In this document: positions 28,400-43,800 of the stretch, piece after piece
Position numbering within the stretch: the stretch's first letter is position 1
How the letters are laid out: each line of letters begins with the position of its first letter
Source of the DNA: Eledone cirrhosa
Taxonomy: Eukaryota
Length of the DNA: 64,000 nt
Assembly: GCA_964016885.1 (NCBI GenBank)
Contig: OZ024744.1
Span: 17,484,001-17,548,000 of the forward strand
Direction: 5' to 3'
Program-made: the position numbers and the translations under genes
Notes under the pieces: model-generated
What the model saw: the letters and a program-made list of their open reading frames with translations, nothing else
The model's database searches: none
Told to the model about the DNA's origin: nothing

Positions 28400-31300
28400 T
28401 ACACCATCAGACATTGACGGCAGGTTGGTACGCATTGCTGACCTATACACCATCAGACACTGACGACAGGTCGATACTCATTGCTGACCTGTACACCATC
28501 AGACATTGACGACAGGTTGATACTCATTGCTGACCTGTACACCATCAGACATTGACGACAGGTTGATACTCATTGCTGACCTGTACACCATCAGACATTG
28601 ACGACAGGTTGATACACATTGCTGACCTGTACACCATCAGACATTGACGACAGGTTGGTACTCATTGCTGACCTGTACACCATCAGATACTGACGACAGG
28701 TTGGTACTCATTGCTGACCTGTACACAATCAAGTATTGACGGCAGGTTGATACTCATTGCTGACCTGTACACCATCAGACATTGACGGCAGGTTGATACT
28801 CATTGCTGACCTGTACACCATCAGACATTGACGACAGGTTAATACTCATTGCTGACCTGAATACCATCAGACATTGACGGCAGGTTGATACTCTTTGCTG
28901 ACCTGTACACCATCAGATACTGACGATCGTTTGATAATCATTGCTGGCCTGTACACCATCAGGTATTGACGGCAGGTTGATACACATTGTTGACCTGTAC
29001 ACCATCAGGTATTGACGACAGGTTGATAGTCATTGCTGACAAGTACACCATAAGACATTGACGACAGGTTGATACTCATTGCTGACCTGTACACCATCAG
29101 ACATTGACGGCAGGTTGATACTCATTGCTGACCTGTACACCATCATATATTGACGGCAGGTTGATATTCATTGCTGACTTGTACACTATCAGACATTGAC
29201 GACAGGTTGATACTCATTGCTGACCTGTACACCATCAGACATTGACGGCAGGTTGATACTCATTGCTGACCTGTACACCATCAGACATTGACGACAGGTT
29301 GATACTCATTGCTGACATGTACACCATCAGACATTGACGGCAGGTTGATACTCATTGCTGACCTGTACACCATCAGGTATTGACGGCAGGTTGATACTCA
29401 TTGCTGACTTGTACACCATCAGATACTGACAACAGATTGATACTCATTGCTGACCTGTACACCATCAGATACTGACGACAGGTTGATACTCATTGCTGAC
29501 CTGTACACCATCAGACATTGACGGCAGGTTGATACTCATGGCTTACCTGTACACCTTCAGACATTGACAGCAGGTTGATACTCATTGTTGACCAGTACAC
29601 CATCAGATATTGACGACAGGTTGATACTCATTAGTGACCTGTACACCATCAGGTATTGACGGCAGGTTGATACTCATTGCTGACCTGTACACCATCAGAT
29701 ACTGACGGCAGGTTTATACTCATTGCTGACCTGTACACCATCAGACATTGACGACAGGTTGATACTCATTGCTGACTTGTACACCATCAGATACTGACAA
29801 CAGGTTGATACTCATTGCTGACCTGTACACCATCAGACATTGACGGCAGGTTGATACTCATTGCTGTCCTGTACACCATCAGACATTGACGACAGGTTGA
29901 TACTCATTGCTGACCTGTACACCATCAGACATGGACGACAAGTTAATACTCATTACTGACGTGTACACCATCAGGTATTGACGGCAGGTTGATACTCATT
30001 TCTGACCTGTACACCATCAGACATTGACGATAGGTTGATACTCATTGCTGACCTGTACACCATCAGATATTGACGACATGTTGATACTCATTGCTGACCT
30101 GTACACCATCAGACATTGACGGCAGGTTGATACTCATTGCTGACCTGTACACCATCAGACATTGACGGCAGGTTGATACTCATTGCTGACCTGTACACCA
30201 TCAGTTATTGACGACAAGTTGACACTCATTGCTGACCTGTACACCATCAGATATTGACAGCAGGTTGATACTCATTGCTGACCTGTACACCATCAGTTAT
30301 TGACGACAGGTTGATACTCATTGCTGACCTGTACACCATCAGACATTGACGGCAGGTTGATACTCGTTGCTGACCTGTACACCATCATAATTTGACGGCA
30401 GATTGATACTCATTGCTGACCTGTACACCAGCAGACATTGACGACAGCATGATACTCATTGCTGACCTGTACACCATCAGATACTGACGACAAGTTGATA
30501 CTCATTGCTGACCTGTTCATCATCAGACATTGACGGCAGGTTGATACTCATTGCTGACCTGTACACCATCAGATACTGACGAAAGGTTGATACTCATTGC
30601 TGACCTGTACACCATCAGATACTGACGACAGGTTGATACTCATTGCTGACCTGTACACCATCAGGTATTGACGACAGGTTGGTACTCATTGTTGACCTGT
30701 ACACCATCAGATACTGACGACAAGTTGATACTCATTGCTGACCTGTACACCATCAGATATTGACGACAGGTTGGTACTCATTGATGACTTGTACACCATC
30801 AGATACTGACGACAGGTTGATACTCATTGCTGACCTGTACACCATCAGGTATTGACGACAGGTTGATACAAATTGCTGACCTGTACACCATCAGACATTG
30901 ACCACAGGTTGGTATTCATTGCTGACCTGTACAGCATCAGATACTGACGACAGGTTGATACTCATTGCTGACCTGTACACCATCAAGTATTGACGGCAGG
31001 TTGATACTCATTGCTGACCTGTACACCATCAGACATTGACGGCAGGTTGGTACTCATTGCTGACCTATACACCATCAGACACTGACGGCAGGTTGATACT
31101 CATTGCTGACCAGTACACAATCAGGTATTGACGACAGGTTGATACTCATTGCTGACCTGTACACCACCAGACATTGACGGCAGGTTGATACTCATTGCTG
31201 ACCTGTACATCATCAGACATTGACGACAGGTTAATACTCATTGCTGACATGTACACCATCAGACATTGACGGCAGGTTGATACCCTTTGCTGACCTGTAC

Positions 31301-34300
31301 ACCATCAGGTACTGACGATCGTTTGATAATCATTGCTGGCCTGTACACCATCAGGTATTGACGACAGGTTGGTACTCATTGCTGACCTGTACACCATCAG
31401 ATACTGACGACAAGTTGATACTCATTGCTGACCTGTTCATCATCAGACATTGACGGCAGGTTGATACTCATTGCTGACCTGTACACCATCAGATACTGAC
31501 GACAGGTTGATACTCATTTCTGACCTGTACACCATCAGGTATTGACGACAGGTTGGTACTCATTGTTGACCTGTACACCATCAGATACTGACGACAGGTT
31601 GATACTCATTGCTGACCTGTACACCATCAGACATTGACCACAGGTTGGTATTCATTGCTAACCTGTACAGCATCAGATACTGACGACAGGTTGATACTCA
31701 TTGCTGCCCTGTACACCATCAAGTATTAACGGCAGGTTGATACTCATTGCTGACCTGTACACCATCAGACATTGACGGCAGGTTGGTACGCATTGCTGAC
31801 CTATACACCATCAGACACTGACGACAGGTCGATACTCATTGCTGACCTGTACACCATCAGACATTGATGACAGGTTGATACTGATTGCTGACCTGTACAC
31901 CATCAGACATTGACGTCAGGTTGATACTCATTGCTGACCTGTACACCATCAGACATTGACGACAGGTTGATACACATTGCTGACCTGTACACCATCAGAC
32001 ATTGACGACAGGTTGGTACTCATTGCTGACCTGTACACCATCAGATACTGACGACAGGTTGGTACTCATTGCTGACCTGTACACAATCAAGTATTGACGG
32101 CAGGTTGATACTCATTGCTGACCTGTACACCATCAGACATTGACGGCAGGTTGATACTCATTGCTGACCTGTACACCATCAGACATTGACGACAGGTTAA
32201 TACTCATTGCTGACCTGAATACCATCAGACATTGACGGCAGCTGGATACTCTTTGCTGACCTGTACACCATCAGATACTGACGATCGTTTGATAATCATT
32301 GCTGGCCTGTACACCATCAGGTATTGACGGCAGGTTGATACACATTGTTGACCTGTACACCATCAGGTATTGACGACAGGTTGATAGTCATTGCTGACAA
32401 GTACACCATAAGACATTGACGACAGGTTGATACTCATTGCTGACCTGTACACCATCAGACATTGACGGCAGGTTGATACTCATTGCTGACCTGTACACCA
32501 TCATATATTGACGGCAGGTTGATATTCATTGCTGACTTGTACACTATCATACATTGACGACAGGTTGATACTCATTGCTGACCTGTACACCATCAGACAT
32601 TGACGGCAGGTTGATACTCATTGCTGACCTGTACACCATCAGACATTGACGACAGGTTGATACTCATTGCTGACCTGTACACCATCAGACATTGAGGGTC
32701 AGGTTGATACTCATTGCTGACCTGTAGACCATCAGGTATTGACGGCAGGTTGATACTCATTGCTGACTTGTACACCATCAGATACTGACAACAGATTGAT
32801 ACTCATTGCTGACCTGTACACCATCAGATACTGACGACAGGTTGATACTCATTGCTGACCTGTACACCATCAGACATTGACGGCAGGTTGATACTCATGG
32901 CTTACCTGTACACCTTCAGACATTGACAGCAGGTTGATACTCATTGTTGACCAGTACACCATCAGATATTGACGACAGGTTGATACTCATTAGTGACCTG
33001 TACACCATCAGGTATTGACGGCAGGTTGATACTCATTGCTGACCTGTACACCATCAGATACTGACGGCAGGTTCATACTCATTGCTGACCTGTACACCAT
33101 CAGACATTGACGACAGGTTGATACTCATTGCTGACTTGTACACCATCAGATACTGACAACAGGTTGATACTCATTGCTGACCTGTACACCATCAGACATT
33201 GACGATAGGTTGATACTCATTGCTGACCTGTACACCATCAGATATTGACGACATGTTGATACTCATTGCTGACCTGTACACCATCAGATATTGACGGCAG
33301 GTTGATACTCATTGCTGACCTGTACACCATCAGATACTGACGACAGGTTGATACTCATTGCTGACTTGTACACCATCAGACATTGACGGCAGGTTGATAC
33401 TCATTGCTGACCTGTACACCATCAGACATTGACGGCAGGTTGATACTCATTGCTGACCTGTACACCATCAGTTATTGACGACAAGTTGACACTCATTGCT
33501 GACCTGTACACCATCAGATATTGACAGCAGGTTGATACTCATTGCTGACCTGTACACCATCAGTTATTGACGACAGGTTGATACTCATTGCTGACCTGTA
33601 CACCATCAGACATTGACGGCAGGTTGATACTCGTTGCTGACCTGTACACCATCATAATTTGACGGCAGATTGATACTCATTGCTGACCTGTACACCAGCA
33701 GACATTGACGACAGCATGATACTCATTGCTGACCTGTACACCATCAGATACTGACGACAAGTTGATACTCATTGCTGACCTGTTCATCATCAGACATTGA
33801 CGGCAGGTTGATACTCATTGCTGACCTGTACACCATCAGATACTGACGACAGGTTGATACTCATTGCTGACCTGTACACCATCAGATACTGACGACAGGT
33901 TGATACTCATTGCTGACCTGTACACCATCAGGTATTGACGACAGGTTGGTACTCATTGTTGACCTGTACACCATCAGATACTGACGACAAGTTGATACTC
34001 ATTGCTGACCTGTACACCATCAGATATTGACGACAGGTTGGTACTCATTGATGACTTGTACACCATCAGATACTGACGACAGGTTGATACTCATTGCTGA
34101 CCTGTACACCATCAGGTATTGACGACAGGTTGATACAAATTGCTGACCTGTACACCATCAGACATTGACCACAGGTTGGTATTCATTGCTGACCTGTACA
34201 GCATCAGATACTGACGACAGGTTGATACTCATTGCTGACCTGTACACCATCAAGTATTGACGGCAGGTTGATACTCATTGCTGACCTGTACACCATCAGA

Positions 34301-37300
34301 CATGACGGCAGGTTGGTACTCATTGCTGACCTATACACCATCAGACACTGACGGCAGGTTGATACTCATTGCTGACCATTACACAATCAGGTATTGACGA
34401 CAGGTTGATACTCATTGCTGACCTGTACACCACCAGACATTGACGGCAGGTTGATACTCATTGCTGACCTGTACATCATCAGACATTGACGACAGGTTAA
34501 TACACATTGCTGACATGTACACCATCAGACATTGACGGCAGGTTGATACCCTTTGCTGACCTGTACACCATCAGGTACTGACGATCGTTTGATAATCATT
34601 GCTGGCCTGTACACCATCAGGTATTGACGACAGGTTGGTACTCATTGCTGACTTGTACACCATCAGGTATTGACGGCAGGTTGATACACATTGTTGACCT
34701 GTACACCATCAGGTATTGACGACAGGTTGATACTCATTGCTGACCTGTACACCATAAGACATTGACGACAGGTTGATACCCATTGCTGACCTGTACACCA
34801 TCAGACATTGACGGCAGGTTGATATTCATTGCTGAGTTGTACACCATCAGACATTGACGACAGGTTGATACTCATTGCTAACCTGTACACCATCAGACAT
34901 TGACGACAGGTTGATACTCATTGCTGACCTGTACACCATCAGACATTGACGGCAGGTTGATACTCATTGCTGATCTGTACACCATCAGACATTGACGACA
35001 GGTTGATACTCATTACTGACCTGTACACCATCAGACATTGACGGCAGGTTGATACTCATTGCTGACCTGTACACCATCAGGTATTGACGGCAGGTTGATA
35101 CTCATTGCTGACCTGTACACCATCCGACATTGACATAGGTTGATACTCACTGCTGACCTGTACACCATCAGATACTGACGACAGGTTGATACTCATTGCT
35201 GACCTGTACACCATCAGACACTGACGGCAGGTTGATACTCATTGCTGACCTGTACACCATCAGACATTGACGGCAGGTTGATACTCATTGCTGACCTGTA
35301 CACCATCAGACATTGACGGTAGGTTGATACTCATTGCTGACCTGTTCACCATCAGTTATTGACGACAAGTTGATACTCATTGTTGACCTGTACACCATCA
35401 GACATTGATGACAGGTTGATACTCATTGCTGACCTGTACACCATCAGAATTTGACGGCATGTTGATACTCATTGCTGACCTGTACACCATCATACATTGA
35501 CGACAGGTTGATACTCATTGCTAACCTGTACACCATCAGATACTGTCGACAAGTTGATACTCATTGCTCACCTGTACACCATCAGGTATTGACGACAAGT
35601 TGATACTCATTGCTCACCTGTACACCATCAGGTATTGACGACAGGTTGATACTCGTTGCTAACCTGTACACCATCAGGTATTGACGACAGGTTGATACTC
35701 ATTGCTGAACTGTACACCATCAGACATTGACGGCAGGTTGATACTCATTGCTGACCTGTACACCATCAGATACTGACGACATGTTGATACTCATTGCTGA
35801 CCTGTACACCATCAGATACTGACGACAGGTTGATACTCATTGCTGACCTGTACACCATCAGGTATTGACGACAGGTTGGTACTCATTGTTGACCTGTACA
35901 CCATCAGATACTGACGACAAGTTGATACTCATTGCTGACCTGTACACCATCAGATATTGACGACAGGTTGGTACTCATTGATGACCTGTACACCATCAGA
36001 TACTGACGACAGGTTGATACTCATTGCTGACCTGTACACCATCAGGTATTGACGACAGGTTGATACACATTGCTGACCTGTACACCATCAGACATTGACC
36101 ACAGGTTGGTATTCATTGCTGACCAGTACAGGATCAGATACTGACGACAGGTTGATACTCATTGTTGACCTGTACACCATCAGACATTGACGGTAGGTTG
36201 ATACCCATTGCTGACCTGTTCACCATCAGTTATTGACGACAAGTTGATACTCATTGTTGACCTGTACACCATCAGACATTGATGACAGGTTGATACTCAT
36301 TGCTGACCTGTACACCATCAGAATTTGACGGCATGTTGATACTCATTGCTGACCTGTACACCATCATACATTGACGACAGGTTGATACTCATTGCTGACC
36401 TGTACACCATCAGATACTGACGACAAGTTGATACTCATTGCTCACCTGTACACCATCAGGCATTGACGGCAGGTTGATACTCATTGCTAACATGTACACC
36501 ATCAGGTATTGACGACAAGTTGATACTCATTGCTCACCTGTACACCATCAGGTATTGACGACAGGTTGATACTCGTTGCTAACCTGTACACCATCAGGTA
36601 TTGACGACAGGTTGATACTCATTGCTGAACTGTACACCATCAGACATTGACGGCAGGTTGATACTCATTGCTGACCTGTACACCATCAGATACTGACGAC
36701 AGGTTGATACTCATTGCTGACCTGTACACCATCAGGTATTGACGACAGGTTGGTACTCATTGTTGACCTGTACACCATCAGATACTGACGACAAGTTGAT
36801 ACTCATTGCTGACCTGTACACCATCAGATATTGACGACAGGTTGGTACTCATTGATGACCTGTACACCATCAGATACTGACGACAGGTTGATACTCATTG
36901 CTGACCTGTACACCATCAGGTATTGACGACAGGTTGATACACATTGCTGACCTGTACACCATCAGACATTGACCACAGGTTGGTATTCATTTCTGACCTG
37001 TACAGCATCAGATACTGACGACAGGTTGATACTCATTGCTGCCCTGTACACCATCAAGTATTGACGGCAGGTTGATACTCATTGCTGACATGTAAACCAT
37101 CAGACATTGACGGCAGGTTGGTACTCATTGCTGACCTATACACCATCAGACACTGACGGCAGGTTGATACTCATTGCTGACCTGTACACCATCAGATACT
37201 GACGACAGGTTGATACTCATTGCTGACTTGTACACCATCAGACATTGACGACAGGTTGATACACATTGCTGACCTGTACACCATCAGACATTGACCACAG

Positions 37301-40300
37301 GTTGGTATTCATTGCTGACCTGTACAGCGTCAGATACTGACGACAGGTTGATACTCATTGCTGCCCTGTACACCATCAAGTATTGACGGCAGGTTGATAC
37401 TCATTGCTGACATGTAAACCATCAGACATTGACGGCAGGTTGGTACTCATTGCTGACCTGTACACCATCAGATACTGACGACAGGTTGATACTCATTGCT
37501 GACCTGTACACCATCAGATACTGACGACAGGTTGATACTCATTGCTGACCTGTACACCATCAGGTATTGACGACAGGTTGGTACTCATTGTTGACCTGTA
37601 CACCATCAGATACTGACGACAAGTTGATACTCATTGCTGACCTGTACACCATCAGATATTGACGACAGGTTGGTACTCATTGATGACCTGTACACCATCA
37701 GATACTGACGACAGGTTGATACTCATTGCTGACCTGTACACCATCAGGTATTGACGACAGGTTGATACACATTGCTGACCTGTACACCATCAGACATTGA
37801 CCACAGGTTGGTATTCATTGCTGACCTGTACAGCATCAGATACTGACGACAGGTTGATACTCATTGCTGCCCTGTACACCATCAAGTATTGACGGCAGGT
37901 TGATACTCATTGCTGACATGTAAACCATCAGACATTGACGGCAGGTTGGTACTCATTGCTGACCTATACACCATCAGACACTGACGGCAGGTTGATACTC
38001 ATTGCTGACCTGTACACCATCAGATACTGACGACAGGTTGATACTCATTGCTGACTTGTACACCATCAGACATTGATGACAGGTTGATACTGATTGCTGA
38101 CCTGTACACCATCAGACATTGACGACAGGTTGATACTCATTGCTGACCTGTACACCATCAGACATTGACGACAGGTTGATACACATTGCTGACCTGTACA
38201 CCATCAGACATTGACCACAGGTTGGTACTCATTGCTGACCTGTACACCATCAGATACTGACGACAGGTTGGTACTCATTACTGACCTGTACACAATCAAG
38301 TATTGACGGCAGGTTGATACTCATTGCTGACCTGTACACCATCAGACATTGACGGCAGGTTGATACTCATTGCTGACCGGTACACCATCAGACATTGACG
38401 ACAGGTTAATACTCATTGCTGACCTGTATACCATCAGACATTGACGGCAGGTTGATACTCTTTGCTGACCTGTACACCATCAGATACTGACGATCGTTTG
38501 ATAATCATTGCTGGCCTGTACACCATCAGGTATTGAGTCAGGTTGATACACATTGTTGACCTGTACACCATCAGGTATTGACGACAGGTTGATAGTCATT
38601 GCTGACAAGTACACCATAAGACATTGACGACAGGTTGATACTCATTGCTGACCTGTACACCATCAGACATTGACGGCAGGTTGATACTCATTGCTGACCT
38701 GTACACCATCATATATTGACGGCAGGTTGATATTCATTGCTGACCTGTACACCATCAGACATTGACGACAGGTTGATACTCATTGTTGACCTGTACACCA
38801 TCAGACATTGACGGCAGGTTGATACTCATTGCTGACCTGTACACCATCAGACATTGACGACAGGTTGATACTCATTGCTGACCTGTACACCATCAGACAT
38901 TGACGGCAGGTTGATACTCATTGCTGACCTGTACACCATCAGGTATTGACGGCAGGTTGATACTCATTGCTGACCTGTACACCATCAGGTATTGACGGCA
39001 GGTTGATACCCATTGCTGACTTGTACACCATCAGATACTGACAACAGATTGATACTCATTGCTGACCTGTACACCATCAGATACTGACGACAGGTTGATA
39101 CTCATTGCTGACCTGTACACCATCAGACATTGACGGCAGGTTGATACTCATGGCTTACCTGTACACCTTCAGATATTGACAGCAGGTTGATACTCATTGT
39201 TGACCAGTACACCATCAGATATTGACGACAGGTTGATACTCATTAGTGACCTGTACACCATCAGGTATTGACGGCAGGTTGATACTCATTGCTGACCTGT
39301 ACACCATCAGATACTGACGGCAGGTTGATACTCATTGCTGACCTGTACACCATCAGACATTGACGACAGATTGATACTCATTGCTGACCTGTACACCTTC
39401 AGACATTGACGACAGGTTGATACTCATTGCTGACTTGTACACCATCAGATACTGACAACAGGTTGATACTCATTGCTGACCTGTACACCATCAGACATTG
39501 ACGGCAGGTTGATACTCATTGCTGACCTGTACACCATCAGACATTGACGACAGGTTGATACTCACTGCTGACCTGTACACCATCAGACATGGACGACAAG
39601 TTAATACTCATTACTGACGTGTACATCATCAGGTATTGACGGCAGGTTGATACTCATTTCTGATCTGTACACCATCAGACATTGACGATAGGTTGATACT
39701 CATTGCTGACCTGTACACCATCAGATATTGACGACATGTTGATACTCATTGCTGACCTGTACACCATCAGATATTGACGGCAGGTTGATACTCATTGCTG
39801 ACCTGTACACCATCAGATACTGACGACAGGTTGATACTCATTGCTGACTTGTACACAATCAGACATTGACGGCAGGTTGATACTCATTGCTGACCTGTAC
39901 ACCATCAGACATTGACGGCAGGTTGATACTCATTGCTGACCTGTACACCATCAGTTATTGACGACAAGTTGACACTCATTGCTGACCTGTACACCATCAG
40001 ATATTGACAGCAGATTGATACTCATTGCTGACCTGTACACCATCAGTTATTGACGACAGGTTGATACTCATTGCTGACCTGTACACCATCAGACATTGAC
40101 GCCAGGTTGATACTCGTTGCTGACCTGTACACCATCAGAATTTGACGGCAGGTTGATACTCATTGCTGACCTGTACACCATCAGACATTGACGACAGCAT
40201 GATACTCATTGCTGACCTGTACACCATCAGATACTGATGACAAGTTGATACTCATTGCTGACCTGTTCATCATCAGACATTGACGGCAGGTTGATACTCA

Positions 40301-43300
40301 TTGCTGACCTGTACACCATCAGATACTGACGACAGGTTGATACTCATTGCTGACCTGTACACCATCAGATACTGACGACAGGTTGATACTCATTGCTGAC
40401 CTGTACACCATCAGGTATTGACGACAGGTTGGTACTCATTGTTGACCTGTACACCATCAGATACTGACGACAAGTTGATACTCATTGCTGACCTGTACAC
40501 CATCAGATATTGACGACAGGTTGGTACTCATTGATGACCTGTACACCATCAGATACTGACGACAGGTTGATACTCATTGCTGACCTGTACACCATCAGGT
40601 ATTGACGACAGGTTGATACAAATTGCTGACCTGTACACCATCAGACATTGACCACAGGTTGGTATTCATTGCTGACCTGTACAGCATCAGATACTGACGA
40701 CAGGTTGATACTCATTGCTGCCCTGTACACCATCAAGTATTGACGGCAGGTTGATACTCATTGCTGACCTGTACACCATCAGACATTGACGGCAGGTTGG
40801 TACTCATTGCTGACCTATACACCATCAGACACTGACGGCAGGTTGATACTCATTGCTGACCAGTACACAATCAGGTATTGACGACAGGTTGATACTCATT
40901 GCTGACCTGTACACCACCAGACATTGACGGCAGGTTGATACTCATTGCTGACCTGTACATCATCAGACATTGACGACAGGTTAATACTCATTGCTGACCT
41001 GTACACCATCAGACATTGACGACAGTTTGATACTCATTGCTGACCTGTACACCATCAGGTACTGACGATCGTTTGATAATCATTGCTGGCCTGTACACCA
41101 ACAGGTATTGACGACAGGTTGGTACTCATTGCTGACTTGTACACCATCAGGTATTGACGGCAGGTTGATACACATTGTTGACCTGTACACCATCAGGTAT
41201 TGACGACGGGTTGATACTCATTGCTGACCTGTACACCATAAGACATTGACGACAGGTTGATACCCATTGCTGACCTGTACACCATCAGACATTGACGGCA
41301 GGTTGATATTCATTGCTGAGTTGTACACCATCAGACATTGACGACAGGTTGATACTCATTGCTAACCTGTACACCATCAGACATTGACGACAGGTTGATA
41401 CTCATTGCTGACCTGTACACCATCAGACATTGACGGCAGGTTGATACTCATTGCTGATCTGTACACCATCAGACATTGACGACAGGTTGATACTCATTGC
41501 TGACCTGTACACCATCAGACATTGACGGCAGGTTGATACTCATTGCTGACCTGTACACCATCAGGTATTGACGGCAGGTTGATACTCATTGCTGACCTGT
41601 ACACCATCCGACATTGACATAGGTTGATACTCACTGCTGACCTGTACACCATCAGATACCGACGACAGGTTGATACTCATTGCTGACCTGTACACCATCA
41701 GACACTGACGGCAGGTTGATACTCATTGCTGACCTGTACACCATCAGACATTGACGGCAGGTTGATACTCATTGCTCACCTGTACACCATCAGACAAAAA
41801 CGGTAGGTTGATACTCATTGCTGACCTGTTCACCATCAGTTATTGACGACAAGTTGATACTCATTGTTGACCTGTACACCATCAGACATTGATGACAGGT
41901 TGATACTCATTGCTGACCTGTACACCATCAGAATTTGACGGCATGTTGATACTCATTGCTGACCTGTACACCATCATACATTGATGACAGGTTGATACTC
42001 ATTGCTGACCTGTACACCATCAGATACTGACGACAAGTTGATACTCATTGCTCACCTGTACACCATCAGGCATTGACGGCAGGTTGATACTCATTGCTAA
42101 CCTGTACACCATCAGGTATTGACGACAAGTTGATACTCATTGCTCACCTGTACACCATCAGGTATTGACGACAGGTTGATACTCGTTGCTAACCTGTACA
42201 GCATCAGGTATTGACGACAGGTTGATACTCATTGCTGAACTGTACACCATCAGACATTGACGGCAGGTTGATACTCATTGCTGACCTGTACACCATCAGA
42301 TACTGACGACAGGTTGATACTCATTGCTGACCTGTACACCATCAGATACTGACGACAGGTTGATACTCATTGCTGACCTGTACACCATCAGGTATTGACG
42401 ACAGGTTGGTACTCATTGTTGACCTGTACACCATCAGATACTGACGACAAGTTGATACTCATTGCTGACCTGTACACCATCAGATATTGACGACAGGTTG
42501 GTACTCATTGATGACCTGTACACCATCAGATACTGACGACAGGTTGATACTCATTGCTGACCTGTACACCATCAGGTATTGACGACAGGTTGATACACAT
42601 TGCTGACCTGTACACCATCAGACATTGACCACAGGTTGGTATTCATTGCTGACCAGTACAGCATCAGATACTGACGACAGGTTGATACTCATTGTTGACC
42701 TGTACACCATCAGACATTGACGGTAGGTTGATACTCATTGCTGACCTGTTCACCATCAGTTATTGACGACAAGTTGATACTCATTGTTGACCTGTACATC
42801 ATCAGACATTGATGACAGGTTGATACTCATTGCTGACCTGTACACCATCAGAATTTGACGGCATGTTGATACTCATTGATTACCTGTACACCATCATACA
42901 TTGACGACAGGTTGATACTCATTGCTGACCTGTACACCATCAGATACTGACGACAAGTTGATACTCATTGCTCACCTGTACACCATCAGGCATTGACGGC
43001 AGGTTGATACTCATTGCTAACCTGTACACCATCAGGTATTGACGACAAGTTGATACTCATTGCTCACCTGTACACCATCAGGTATTGACGACAGTTTGAT
43101 ACTCGTTGCTAACCTGTACACCATCAGGTATTGACGACAGGTTGATACTCATTGCTGAACTGTACACCATCAGACATTGACGGCAGGTTGATACTCATTG
43201 CTGACCTGTACACCATCAGATACTGACGACAGGTTGATACTCATTGCTGACCTGTACACTATCAGATACTGACGACAGGTTGATACTCATTGCTGACCTG

Positions 43301-43800
43301 TACACCATCAGGTATTGACGACAGGTTGGTACTCATTGTTGACCTGTACACCATCAGATACTGACGACAAGTTGATACTCATTGCTGACCTGTACACCAT
43401 CAGATATTGACGACAACTTGGTACTCATTGATGACCTGTACACCATCAGATACTGACGACAGGTTGATACTCATTGCTGACCTGTACACCATCAGGTATT
43501 GACGACAGGTTGATACACATTGCTGACCTGTACACCATCAGACATTGACCACAGGTTGGTATTCATTTCTGACCTGTACAGCATCAGATACTGACGACAG
43601 GTTGATACTCATTGCTGCCCTGTACACCATCAAGTATTGACGGCAGGTTGATACTCATTGCTGACATGTAAACCATCAGACATTGACGGCAGGTTGGTAC
43701 TCATTGCTGACCTATACACCATCAGACACTGACGGCAGGTTGATACTCATTGCTGACCTGTACACCATCAGATACTGACGACAGGTTGATACTCATTGCT
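28400..43800. repeat. Nested segmental duplications: ~28.4-31.4 kb repeated at ~31.8-34.6 kb, and ~31.8-37.2 kb repeated at ~38.0-43.8 kb
   Basis: CATGGCTTACCTGTACACCTTC at 29537, 32896 and 39149. TGAATACC at 28858/32216 (3358 = 73x46). GACAGCATGAT occurs in all three copies. CATCCGACATTGACATAGG at 35121/41605. Confidence 0.85.
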